A stretch of DNA of 63,888 nt, the filler included, from Octopus bimaculoides (taxonomy: Eukaryota), in NCBI RefSeq assembly GCF_001194135.2. It is 7 parts of 6 records of this genome, joined end to end, with 100 filler letters (N's around TTAATTAATTAA, not from the genome) between each part and the next. Parts side by side here need not be neighbours in the genome. Positions count along the whole stretch, not along the records: positions 37,739 to 44,765 come from NC_068983.1; positions 44,866 to 53,133 come from NC_068990.1; 5 more parts are not named here. The stretch is one strand, 5' to 3'. This document shows, piece by piece, positions 37,739-50,469 of the stretch. Both the position numbers and the translations under genes were made by a program. How positions within the stretch are numbered: position 1 is the first letter of the stretch; the number at the start of each line of letters is the position of its first letter. The notes under the pieces were generated by a model. That model searched no databases. It was given only the letters and a program-made list of their open reading frames with translations, and was not told where the DNA came from.

Positions 37739-37972
37739 GGCACATAAAAGACACCATTTCGAGCGTGGCCGTTTTCGTGCGGGTGACACGTAAAAGCACC
37801 CACTACACTCTCTGAGTGGTTGGCGTTAGGAAGGGCATCCAGCTGTAGAAACTCTGCCAAATTAGACTGGAGCCTGGTGTTGCCATCCGGTTTCACCAGT
37901 CCTCAGTCAAATCGTCCAACCCATGCTAGCATGGAAAGCGGACGTTAAACGATGATGATGATGATGATGATG
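37739..37972 (+). mobile_element. Young RTE 3'-UTR copy with (GAT)n tail
   Basis: Inverted, near-identical partner of 31043 and 35021. Confidence 0.9.
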
Positions 37973-37984
37973 TACTTTTGTGAT

Positions 37985-38400
37985 CCTTTCTAATAATTCA
38001 TGTAAGACTCCGACGGTCCCTATCTAAAAGTTTTGGTTTTCTTTCGGAGTTTTGTTTTGACAATGAGATTTTTCCCTCTTTCTTAAGGGCTGTCATTACT
38101 TTCAAGACAGTACTTCTTGAAACACCAAACATTTTGGCTGTTTTCGTTATGCAAGCACCTGCCTTACGAGCACCAGCAATTTGACTTCTTTGAAAGTCCG
38201 ATACATCTATCATTTTAATGAATTTTAATTACCTTTTTCTGATAATATCTGAAAAGAAACAGCAATTTTAGCAAAACATTAAGAAACACTACTAATAAAT
38301 CAAAATACATAAAAATAAACAAGCTTTTGATGGTTTTATAGATATTTCAAAATTATGATACTATGATACTAGGTGTTTCCATTATTTTGTCCAACCCCTG
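37985..38400 (-). mobile_element. Tc1-type transposon, 5' end (TIR + paired-like HTH fragment)
   Basis: TA|CAGGGGTTGGACAAAATAATGGAAACACC TIR, then DVSDFQRSQIAGAR...AKMFGVSRSTV...RKPKLLDRDRR. Confidence 0.8.
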
Positions 38401-38689
38401 TATATCTTCTATCTTTCACTTGTTTCAGTCATTTGATTGACGATTTGGGGGCACCACCTTGAAGGGTTTAGTTGAATAAATTGACCTCAGTACTTAATTT
38501 TTCAAGTATGGTGCTTAATGTATGAGTCCTTTTCACCAAACTACTAAGTTGTGGGAACATGAACAAACAAATACCAGTTATCAAGAAATGGGGCAACACA
38601 CACACACACATATATATAACAAGCTTCCACACAGGTTTCATCTACTACAGTGACTGGCTGGTTGACTGACTGATCGACCAACTGTCCGA

Positions 38690-38882
38690 CCAATTAACTG
38701 ACTAACCAACCGACTAACCAATCAACTAACCAATCAACTAACCAACCAACCAACAAACCAACCAACTAACTAACCAACTAACTAACCAATCAACTAACCA
38801 ACCAACTAACCAACCAACTAACCAACCAACTAACTAACCAACCAACTAACTAACCAAGTCACTAACCAACCAACCAACCAAC
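38690..38882. repeat. (ACCA/ACTA)n tetranucleotide repeat
   Basis: Directly visible. Confidence 0.9.
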
Positions 38883-38929
38883 CTGCATGCATGCATGCAT
38901 ACATACATACATACATGATGATGATGGCC

Positions 38930-41400
38930 ATCCACTCGTGACCAAGGAAAGCCATTACTGATCTTTAGGAACATTGTGTGCTCAAGACTACCTTATACTT
39001 TACATTTGTGGTTCCATTGGTGACTAACGAGCCCTGCTTTTCACAAACATACACAACTGCAAACATTGCAGAACAAGCTTTCCCCATTCATTGCACTAGC
39101 AGTATGTTTTTGAACAGTGCGCTTAAATTCTTCATGAAGAATACATGTTCTTTCAAAGGTATCAAATCCTTCCTTTACCCGTTTCCTCCATCCATGCCAA
39201 TGACAATCATTGCTCACCCAGTCAGCCACCCACATTTCACAGGCCTTTAATGAGGACTTTACACAGCCAACATTCAGAATGCCTCACACATCTCTGATGG
39301 AAGCGTTCAAGGACCTTTACATGATGTTTGTAAAGGGTCCATGCCTCACATGAGTAAAGGAGTAATGTCAGTACACATGCATGGGACACAGCAATTTTTG
39401 TTTGCCTTGTGATGCCATGCTGGGACCAGACATGAGACCAAAGAGGCCGGAAGGAATCAGTTGCTCTCTGCAGCTTGAAAGATATTTCATCATCCACGAG
39501 CAAGAATGGCTGAATGCCCAGGTAGACAAACTTGTCTACCACTTTCAGTATTGTTCCTTCAACCAAGATAGCTGGTTCCATATACAGTTTTCCTGATGCA
39601 AGCTGGAACATTACAACAGTCTTGTCCAGACTAATGCTGAGTCCAAATGCCAGGCAAAAAGCAGAAATATGTTTCACAAGTATCTGCATATCATCCACTG
39701 TATTAGAGACTGAGTCACAGTTATCTGCATAAAAGAGGTCACAAATAAGAGACTGAAAAACTTTGGAATTGGCAGCAAATCAATAAAGATTAAAAAGATG
39801 GCCAGAAGATCAATACCTAACATATGTCCCAAGAGAGCTGTCCACAGCAAAAGCATGAATTATGAGTAGCAGCAAAGTACAGAGAAAAGAGAGTTGGGGC
39901 AAGGATGTCACCCTGCTTGGCACCATTCTCTACAGGGATGGGTCCTGCCATGCCACCACCAACATTGACCCAAACCTCCATTTCATCATGAAATGATTTA
40001 ATTATAGATACAAAGTGATCTGGACATCCAAGTTTGCCAAGTATTTTCCATAGGGAGTATCAAAGGCCTTGGTTAAATCAATGAATACCTGGACAAGATC
40101 CATATTCCATTCATAGCACTTCTGCATCTGTCTAGCTGTGAAAATCAAATCCATCATTCCCATTTCAGATCAGAAACCACATTGAGATTCAGATAGGATA
40201 TCATTTACAAGACACATACTCAGGTGGGTAAGAATACTTGCCAGAACATTGCCAGCAGCTGATAGTAAAGCAATACCTCTGTAGTTCCCACACTCTACTC
40301 TGGCTCCTTTCCTTTATAGAGAGGAAGAATAATTGCATCCTTCCAGTCCTTAGGCATTGCACCATCCCTCCAGATTACACTAATAAGTTTAAGAAGGGAC
40401 CATGTGATGTGATCAGCACCAAATAATAGGACCTCAGCAAAAATAACATCCTTACCAGGTGTCTTAACAAGATTCAATTAACTTATTACTGCTGTTATCT
40501 CATCTGTTGAGGGTGTGGAATTTAAGGAACTAATGACAGGTCTTTGTTGCATAGTGTCAATCACTGCTTCATACACAAGTGACTCATGATTTAGGAGTTC
40601 AGAAAAATGTTCAATCCAGCGACCCGTGATCTCTGTTGATTTAGTAAACAGAGTAGAAAACACCTTGGAAAGCAAGGGAGCTGATGCAGAGATCTTAGGT
40701 ACATAAACTTGCTTCATAAGATGGTAAAGCTTCTTGCTGTCATTTGCATCAGCAGCAGCCTGAACATCACAAACAAGATCCTCTCATCAGGTGTTCTGCA
40801 TCTTCAAGAGAGTTCGCTGCAGTGTAGTAGGCAAGTGCTAGATTTCATTGCACAACTGAAAGTCTTTTGTGCAGTAATACGTAGTGGGCATGGTACTTTA
40901 CAACCAGCAGTCACTGAACTATGGCACCATTTTCATCAAACCAGTCTCTGTGTCTGGCAGTAGCATATCCCAGTGTTTCAGTAGCACATTGAAAAACCTG
41001 GTCTCGAAAATCTTCCTACACTGTAGTATTTTCAATGGAGGAAAAACGATTCTGAAGCTCTTTCCTCACAACAGCATCATATATCTTATGGACATTCAGA
41101 TGCCAAAGAATGCCAACTGACCCTCTTCTTTCTTTCATTCTGATCAACATCCGGAACTTTGATCGCACCAAGCTGTGGTCTGTCCAGCACTCCAAACCAT
41201 GAAAGGACTTAACATTATAAATGTCATAGACATTACACTTGTGAATGATGATGTAATCCAGCAAGTGCCAAACTTTAGACCTGGGGTGCATCTACATTGT
41301 TGTGATCACCTCTGCTTAAAATGAGTGCTTGCAATGTTAAGTCTGTATTCCTTGCAAAGCTCCAGAAGCATGTGACCACTGGTGTTCATCTCCCCTATAC
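38930..41400 (-). mobile_element. Degenerate RTE-BovB-like LINE (APE endonuclease end through RT to C-term)
   Basis: MHPRSKVWHLLDYII..CWTDHSLV (APE), PKDWKDAIILPLYKGK, FGLSISLDKTVVM, and LLYSCEAWTLYKHHVKVLERFHQRCVR. Many stops and frameshifts. Confidence 0.9.
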
Positions 41401-41550
41401 AAAAACATCAAAAACACACACACACACATTTTCATACATCATCCTGTAATGCACCTGGAAATATCATGAGAGAAGTTTCCTGGGGTCATAAGGTGTTTTG
41501 GGTCTTTCATCATCAAACCCCCTCACCCATGCACTCCAACCCAGCTGGGA

Positions 41551-41594
<44 letters not shown>

Positions 41595-42012
41595 TGTGTA
41601 AAAGCAGTATCTAAATCAAAATCTTTGTGCAAGAATATAGATTTTAAATAATAACAAATACATATATGTGCATAACCCAATAACTATAAGCAGTTATTTA
41701 AACACAAGCCAAATTCCTTAGATCTGCTGATACTTGCACCTTTAATATAATCTTTAAGAAGACATATTGTGGGATAAACTTGACTCTTCAGTCGCAGATA
41801 CATACTATCCTAAGGGTTTCCATACAGGTTCTTTCTGCCCAATTTTACTTACAGGGCTATTGTAGAAAATATTTCCTGAAATATCAGATGGAGGCATAAA
41901 ACCCAGAACTTGTGGTAAAAGAATGAACTTCTGAGTTTATACACACTAATATTCATTAAACAGACATAGATAGACAATTCAATAATAGAGAATGAAGCTT
42001 GTTTTAACTTAC

Positions 42013-42107
42013 TTGCATTTTTCATCAGAAAACCTACATTTACCATTGAGAAAGTACTGACAAGGAACCATGGTACGATGCATGGGATTACAAAACATAA
42101 CTTGTAC
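42013..42107 (-). CDS. ZGPAT: ZGPAT coding exon, CCCH zinc finger: VQVMFCNPMHRTMVPCQYFLNGKCRFSDEKC
   Basis: Acceptor TTCACCTTACAG|GTA (phase 0) and donor AA|GTAAGT (phase 2). Matches the ZGPAT motif V.V.(F/Y)..P.H..(M/L).PC.(Y/F)FL.GKCRF...C and continues in frame from the 44065 exon. Confidence 0.93.
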
Positions 42108-42229
42108 CTGTAAGGTGAATCAAAACAATAACTAATAAAAGATCATTCTACATACATATATGTATGTGTATACATGCATAAATATGTGTGTGAACATATA
42201 TACAAGTATGAATGCATATAGATTGCTTA

Positions 42230-43398
42230 CTTATATTTGACCTTGAATTCTGCTGTGCATGTGCACTAAGCTTTAACATTCTAGCTCACTTCCATTATTT
42301 GCAGCAGTGCTTGGAAGGAATGTGTATAGCGTATGATCATCGCATTGACCATGACAGCAAGTTGAGCAGAGAATCTACATCAAATTTTGCCAAAAGCTTG
42401 GCCTATGCAAAGTTGCAGAAAGTGTGCAGAGAGGAGTGTATGAGCTGTAAAAATGTCAATAGTGATGAACGTTCTGGAAGACTTGCAACCAGCAGTACTG
42501 AGGAAAACATCGCAGATGTGCATGCAGCTGTGAGGGAAAATTATTGAATCACCATCCATAAGTTATCAGAGGATGTGCAGTTTAGTTACGGTTCAGTTCA
42601 GTCCATTATCACTGAAGATTTGGGTATGAGACACGTGTTCGCCAAGTTTGTACCAAAACTGCTTTCAGCTGACCAAAAAGACACTCAGGTCTCAGTTGCA
42701 CAAGATCTCCTTGATTGTGTCAAGAATAATGGAAACTTTTTTGAAAACAGTCATAACAGGTGATGAATTGTGGGTCTATAGCTATGACCCTGAAACAAAG
42801 GTTCAGTGTTCACAGTAGAAGACCCCAACCTCTTTAAGATCAAAGCAATGTGAAGACACTGTTGACTGTTTTCTTCGACTACAAGGAGATTATTCATCAT
42901 AAGTATTCTCCACCTGGTCAGACAGTAAACAAGGAGTACTACTGTGACATTTTGCAGTGTTTGCAGGATGCTATTTGTCAGAAAAGGCCACAACTGCATG
43001 TGTCTGACGAGTGACAATTGCACTATGACAACACACCTGCCCTTTCAGTGCAGCTTATGCAGCAGTTTTTGTCTAGGCACAGCATTCCCCAGGTCTGACA
43101 GCCACTGTATTCCCCAGATATTACACCTTGCAACATTTTCTTTTTTCCAAAAATCAAATCTCGCTTGAAAGGAAGAAGATTTCAGGATGTTGAGAAAATC
43201 AAAGTGAATGCAACAAGGCAGCTGCTGATTATCCCAAAAACCGAGTTCCAGGAATGCTTCCATCAATGGAAACAGTACTGGATTAAGTGTGTGGCTTCCG
43301 AAGGGGACTACTTTGAAGGCATTTAAATGCTAAATGGGTACGAGTTGTAGGTCTGTTTTTATAGCACCAGTCCTGATACTTATTGATCAGACCTTGTA
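42230..43398 (+). mobile_element. Degenerate mariner transposon occupying most of a ZGPAT intron
   Basis: MRHVFAKFVPKLL, WVYSYDPETK, (Y)SPD..PCN.FFFPKIK..LKGRRF, and 3' TIR ...GATACTTATTGATCAGACCTTG|TA. Confidence 0.9.
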
Positions 43399-43769
43399 CA
43401 TGGATAACTTGGGTAGGGTTAATATGGCTAATGCTTAACTAAGAGCTAAATGTTGTACAACAGGGTACATAAGTGGAAAAGATATAACTAACTGCATTAA
43501 TAAAGTGAGCTATTAAAATATATACATAAAAGTGAATTAACAGGATCCATGGCTACAAAAGATGAAATAACTGAATACATGTGATGAAAATGTGATACAT
43601 AATCAGGGAAAACAATTTCTAAAAAATAACCAATAACAGGCTGAGGAAAATGAGGATATATCATAACTATGATACAGTATACAACTGAGTACATAAACGG
43701 AATGAAATAGATAAGAGAGTAGATATCTAAAGAATGAAAGACAAGAACCTCATGTCAGCTTGACCTTAT

Positions 43770-43950
43770 TTTCCTAGCAGTGTCACTAACCAGCACTCCC
43801 TTACTTTTCTAGCAATGTCATTAACCAACTCTCCTTAACTCTTCTCACAGACACCAACCAATCTCCCTTATTTTTCTAGCAATACCACTAACCAGCTCTC
43901 CCTTATTTTTCTAGCAAACCAGCTCCCTTTTACTTTTCTAGCAGTGTCCA
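43770..43950. repeat. Minisatellite, about 36-bp unit CCTTATTTTTCTAGCAGTGTCACTAACCAGCTCTC, about 5 copies
   Basis: Directly visible. Confidence 0.8.
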
Positions 43951-44064
43951 GCAAAGTGAATTCTTCTTTCTCTAAAAGGTAGATAAACAGAGTAGTCCAA
44001 TATCAACACAAGTGTCAATGCAGCCTATGACTTCACCATTGCCAACACAATAGCTGAAAATTAC

Positions 44065-44421
44065 CTTAGCAGGGGACATGGAATCAAAGGGCAACACATC
44101 TGTTATAAGAGCATTGTGATAGCCATACATGGCCCAAGAGGTATTGTAGGTAACACGACATTTGGTTCCAACCAACTCTTGTAGTCTTTCAGTCAACTTT
44201 CTGTTTTCTTCTTCCTCTTCAGCCTCGTCCTCCTCCTCCTCATCATCATCATCCCCATTTTCTCTCTTGTCTGTTTCTCCATCATGAAACTTTTCCTTCA
44301 TGTCAACAATTTCACCTCTGACATCACTGGAAGAGTCTTCATACTGCAATTTACTACTAGAAGAACCAACTGAGATATCTGGTGACAAATTTTTTAAGTT
44401 TCCATCAGAGGAGAGTGAAGC
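44065..44421 (-). CDS. ZGPAT: ZGPAT coding exon (357 nt, phase 0-0): ASLSSDG...acidic run...LQELVGTKCRVTYNTSWAMYGYHNALITDVLPFDSMSPAK
   Basis: Acceptor TTTATACTTGCAG|GCT and donor AAG|GTAATT. An acidic run followed by GTK......SW....YHNA matches ZGPAT (human ELSGTKVSAPYYSSWGTLEYHNAMV, recalled from memory). Confidence 0.92.
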
Positions 44422-45689
44422 CTGCAAGTATAAAAGAGTATGCTTTAATTAATAATTAGGGAGAGGAAATATGTATGTATGTATGTATGTACATATCATC
44501 ATCATGGTTTCAACAATCATTTTTCCATGCTTGCATGAGTCAGTTGGAATTCACTCAGGCAGATTTTCTTTCATGATGTTAACTTTCACTTCTTTCCAAC
44601 CAAGTAATATTTCCCTATGATCAAACATATTTTTACAGAAGTTTGGAAACAAATAACACAGCTTGTATGAGAGTGAGACTCATTTACAACTATCACCTGA
44701 TGTGTGTGAGTGTATGTGTGTGTGTGTGTATGTATGTGTATGTATATATATATATATATATATATNNNNNNNNNNNNNNNNNNNNNNNNNNNNNNNNNNN
44801 NNNNNNNNNTTAATTAATTAANNNNNNNNNNNNNNNNNNNNNNNNNNNNNNNNNNNNNNNNNNNNTATATATATATATATGTGTGTCAATATATAAACAT
44901 ATATATATATCTGGGGAGAGAGAGAGATAGACAATTTTATATACATATACATATATGTACACATACACACACATACGCACGCGCGCGTCCGTGTGTATAT
45001 CTATCTATATAGATAAATAGATGAACAAAACAAAACAAAATAAACAAATAAATATATAAAAATACATTATGAATATTATTTGAAATAACTTATTTACTTA
45101 TAATAGCATGCTTACGATTATTTTTGATAAACAGGAAAACTATGAATAAATAAGGCTTTTGATCATTTTGTTCTTCCATACAATATTCAGAATATGTTCT
45201 CTTCAGATTGCCTGTGCTCTGTGGTTTATACGATACTTCGTAGATATATATATATATTTTTTTTTTTCAGACCATAAACTGAGGTATTTCTCTTTATTTC
45301 ACTTGATAAAGCCACTTTCAGATCGCTTAACCCGTAACACATTTTATTCTTCTGAACTCCAGTTATAGTTTAGAAGAGGTGGGTTCTTTTTTTCTTTGGT
45401 TCTTGTTCTTGTTGCTGTTGTCATTGTCATTGTTACTGCTGCTGTTGTTGTGTCCGTTTGTATATATATATATATATACTTCTTTAAAACAAAGAGTTAT
45501 GTATATGACAAAGAGGCACATATATATATATATNNNNNNNNNNNNNNNNNNNNNNNNNNNNNNNNNNNNNNNNNNNNNNNNNNNNNNNNNNNNNNNNATG
45601 CAATTATGCAAGAATTTGATTTTTATCTCAACGACTGAAAATCAACGGTACTCGGTAGTTTGGATCATGGTGTTTTGTTGGAGTTTGAT

Positions 45690-46390
45690 AAGAGAGAGGA
45701 AAGGGAGGAGGGGAGAAAGAGAGGGGGAGTGAAAGAGAGGAGACAAGAGCGACAGACAAACACAGGGAGAGAGGAGAGAAGAGAGATAGGTAGACAGAGA
45801 GAGAGAGAGAGAGAGAGACTGAGAAATAGACATAGTTAGAGATACAGAGCGAGACAGACAGACAGAAAGACAGACAGGACAGAGATAGCAAGAAACTGAC
45901 AGACAGACAGACGGAGAAAGAGACGGAGAGTCAGAGAGACACAGACAAACACAGAGAACGAGACACTAAGAGAGGACACTACACTACGAGTGAGACAGAG
46001 ACAGACACACTGATAGTCAGATAGAGAGAGAGAGAGGGGGAGAGACACACAGAGAGACAGAGAGACAGAGAGACAGAGAGACAGAGAGACAGACAAGCAG
46101 ACAGACACACAGTCAATGACACAGAGTGAAGTAAGCAGAGAGACAGACAGAGACGGCAACTGAGAGAGAGAAGCGGAGAAGGCAGATAGTCCGAGAGAAA
46201 CAGAAAGAGAGAGAAAAAGACGGATAGAAAGATTGACGGAGACAGAGAGAGTAAGACAACCAAACAGAAAGACAACGGATGGACATGAGAAAAAGAGAGA
46301 GACTTACAGAGACAGAGAGAGGCACAGAGAGAGATAGACAGAAAGAGAAAGATACAGAGAGGGACAGACAGAATGCGACAGAGAGAGGCC
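45690..46390. repeat. GA-rich low-complexity tract (AGAC/AG units)
   Basis: Directly visible. It explains the S/L/C-rich ORFs in the track. Confidence 0.9.
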
Positions 46391-47187
46391 CTTGATCATT
46401 TCGTATTTGGTCACTGGTTGTTTTATGTGTCCCCAGCAAAGATAGCTTTAAAACAACTAAACAAATATAATAAAATGAAATATCACACATAAAGCGTAGC
46501 CAAGAGCACCTACATGTAAATAGGTACCATGCGTAAGTGGAAGCACAGCTCCACACATATCGCAGATTGAAGCAAGCGGACGACGGTCTGTACTATTAAT
46601 TATAGTTTCCTTGCCGCTTGCAGGATGCAGTTCCGGTTTAGCTCTGGGTCTGCCGTACAATAGAAGCGCTCATGTCGCGGCTTTGTTTCATTCATCTCTA
46701 CCAACACTCCCCGTTTAAAGGATGACTATCAACACCATGTGAAGTCGGTTATAAATGAAGCGGGACTGTAATGTTCTATTGTTCATGAATACGGGGAAAT
46801 TCATTCTTTGTCTATAATTCGTGACTTAAATGCCCTATATTTTGAATTAACGTGTGTGTTGTGTGCGGGTCTATTTATAATATTTCGAATTATCTAGCAC
46901 GATAATAACTTAAGAATTGTCCCGTCTATTATCATCTGAAAGTCTAAGTCTTCGTGTTGACGTAACTGTAGTTGTTGTTGTTGCTGCTACTGCTACTGGT
47001 GCTGCTGCTGCTGCTGCTGCTGCTGTTGTTGTTGTTGTTGTTGTTCGTTCGGTGAAGCTTTTTGAACTCAACACCAACACTCCACCTATTCGCTTTTCAT
47101 TTATTCCAGTTGTATACGCCGCCTGCAGCAGCGAGCTACACCTCGCTCCGTGGAACTATGTTTAGCCCAAGGGTTAACTACACACAC

Positions 47188-47276
<89 letters not shown>

Positions 47277-49760
47277 CACACATACACATACATATACACA
47301 GACACTGAAAAGCACAAACATAGAAAATATGTAGCAGGAGTGTGTATGTGTGTGTGCGTGTGTGTGTGCATCTTTATGTACACATACATATATACATGCA
47401 CGTTTACGTACATGCATATATACGTATATGTCTGAAAGTTAACTAAGGTACGTATACGTATGTGTACCCATGGGGTGTTAGTGTGTGCGTGTGTTTCTAT
47501 GTCTGTGTGTGTGTGTGTGTGTGCGTTTGTGTGTATTTTTCTGGGTTAGTTTGTTAGTGTGTGTGTGTGTGTATTTCTCTGCGTTAGTTTGTTAGTGTGT
47601 GTGTGTATTTCTCTGCGTTAGTTTGTTAGTGTGTATGTATGTGTATTTCTCTGCGTTAGTTTGCTAGTGTCTGCGTGTGTATGTGTGTGTGCGCGCACGT
47701 GTGCTTCTGCCGTGTAGCTAAAGGGTAAGAAGTTCGCTCCACAACCACGTGGCCCCGGGATCGATTCTGCTATGAGTTATATTCGGCTCGGGTTGCCTCG
47801 CGTCTTCAGAGTGAAACTGAATCGACGACAGAAATTCTGACCTGTCACTTTAAGACTTAACCTCGCCCCGCATTGTGCCACGCTGATTTCCTCAAAGAAA
47901 TACGTTACGGGAACATATGGTGTTGGAATACTCAGTCATGTTATACATTAATTTAAAAGAAGGTCATTCGGATAGTCAAGCTACGCTGAACCCATCAGTG
48001 CAATTGAGGAAAGACATCCAAACGCACGTATGTATGTATGTATGTATGTATGTATGTATGTATTTATGTATGTATGTCTCTTCTATTTTTTGAATTATTA
48101 TAAATCTTCCACGGAGCGGGGACCCAGTTTTCAACAAAGATACAAGGATCCCTCTTTGTGATATAGATAACACACAAATTCACATTTGGAACTTGAAGTA
48201 TGTATGGATGAATGTATGGGTGGATGCGTGGATGATTGGATGGATGCATGACCTGGTGGTTGGATGGATGGATGGATGGATGGATGTCCTGGGTATGGCA
48301 TTAAACTGAATCTGGGATGAGGCTCCAGTTCAGGAATTCGGGAGCTGTTGATTTGCATGGAATCATCCCAAAACTTTCTGCAAATGAAAACTTAGTTCAA
48401 TCTCCGCTGCACCAATCAAGTAAAGCATAAAGGTCAAGGGGCGAAACGCTTGTAGCCCCGAGATATTCAAGGGTCACAAGCGGAAGGTGATGATACGGAA
48501 GTGCGTCCGACATTGTGATGTATTCAAAAGAAGAGCTTACAAAATACTCTGAGGATCTCTGGCATTTTCTGCGTAGGAAAAGTATCTGCGATATTTTTCC
48601 ACCCATTTATGTATAAATGGGGGTCCCTGCTCAGAGCTGTCAACCCGTTGATGGCTCCTAGTTATTCTGTTAATTCTTAGCTGGTCATATGTCTGCTCTG
48701 TCCAGTCAAAGGTTCGAGTATTTAACCACCACCACGTATATTACGACAGTAATAACAGCAGAAACTTTAACAAAGAGAGAAGTAGACATTGAGCAATAAT
48801 CAGATTTGTGAAATCTGTAGTTATTTATTTTCGAGATTGATTTTCTTAAATCAAGATATGTGCATTGTCTGTTTCTTAAATATGTGCAATAGTAATATTT
48901 CTAATTATACGTTGGAAACTTCTCTACCACGAAATGTAATTTCATGGATTCCTGCACTCAACTTAAGCGGCGTTTTCATCCCTTCCATGAACTAAAAGAT
49001 TACCAGACGAGGACTACTGGATGTAACAACACTATATTAATGATATAGCTTCCTTTTCTAAGATAGCGGTCAAAGAGAAATCAGCAAAAAGTTTCTGGTA
49101 TCAAGAAGAAGATGTAGGAGCGGCTAATCATCGTCATCATCGAGAAGTTCATAGGCTGTGACGAAAGAATATTGATAGAAAGTAATCAATTATTTAATCA
49201 ATTATTAATTATCAAACCGATTATCTAATGTGTCTATTATAAAATTAATGCAGAAAGCAACATGTACGCATGTTTTAATAGGCAATATTCTCCACCACCA
49301 CCACCACCACAGTAAAACAATATCTGTGTAGCATATTATTTCACATCCGGCATCTTGCAAAAACAAATGCAAAAATGAAAGTTTCCTAGCTTGTTTAACT
49401 AATTGAACTCTGACCTCCGAACTCTCAAAGCTTTTGAAACGCTCCTCAGTTTGACAGAACGCTGCTCTTCGTTTTGTTAAGTCGTTCTTGGCTGACTGTT
49501 TCTACTTAGAAACAAGTTCATTGATTCATGAGAGAATTAAATGTCTTCCTTCACCACGAACCAAATATGGTATTGATTACTTGTTGACATCCATAAGCTC
49601 ACTTTGTTGGTCGGTGCCATCTGTATTCTCCTTTAATTCTGTGAACACAATAAGAAATTTGCTCCCCAGTAGAATAGTACTAACACTTAAACACGAAACG
49701 CACTATCCACATGGCAATGAGGTAGCTTTTCTTATAGTCACAGACCTGTATGAAATGACA

Positions 49761-50165
49761 GCATGAGTGGCTCTGTGGTAAGTAGCTTGCTTACGAAACA
49801 CATGGTTCTGGGTTCAGTCCCACCGCGCGGCACCTTGGGTAAGTGTCATCTATTATAGCCTCGGGACGACCAAAGCCTTGTGAGTGGATTTGGTAGACGG
49901 AAACTGAAAGGAGTCCGTCGTATATATGTATATATATGTATGTATGTGTATATGTTTGTGTGTATGTGTTTGTCCCCCAACATCGCTTGAAAACCGATGC
50001 TGGTGTGTTTACGTCCCTTTAACTTAGCGGTTCCGCAAAAGCAACCGATAGAATAAGTACAAGGCTTAAAACGAACAAGTCTTGAGGTCGATTTCTTCGA
50101 CTAAAGGTGGTGCTCCAGCATAGCCACAGTCAAATGACTGAAACAAGTAAAAGAGTAAAGAGTAA
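49761..50165 (+). mobile_element. SINE family A, full length
   Basis: Head GAGTGGCTCTGTGGTAAG through to the AAGTAAAAGAG tail. Confidence 0.9.
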
Positions 50166-50469
50166 TCTTACATCACACGCAACCGTTTAATAAAATGAAG
50201 GTCACGTAATGAAATCCACGATATATTTGCTTATAAATGTTGGTTAATGCTGGAACATTATTTTTCGTAAGTTACTTTGAATATGACAAGATTCGCGGCT
50301 AAGAACACAACAGCAACAACAGAAACAAGCATACAACAATTGTGTACAAAATAGAAAATTCTTTGCGACACCAAACAAATGGTCTTTCACTATGCTGGAA
50401 GCTCTCGGACATCAACATATTTTTTTACGCATACCAAAAGTCGCTGAGTCTGTGTGCTAGTCTTACAAA

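Noticed and set aside
47530-47680. Regularly spaced about 34-bp repeats (GTGTATTTCTCTGCGTTAGTTTGTTAGT), superficially CRISPR-like
   Set aside because: A tandem minisatellite with (GT)n linkers and no unique spacers, in a eukaryotic context.
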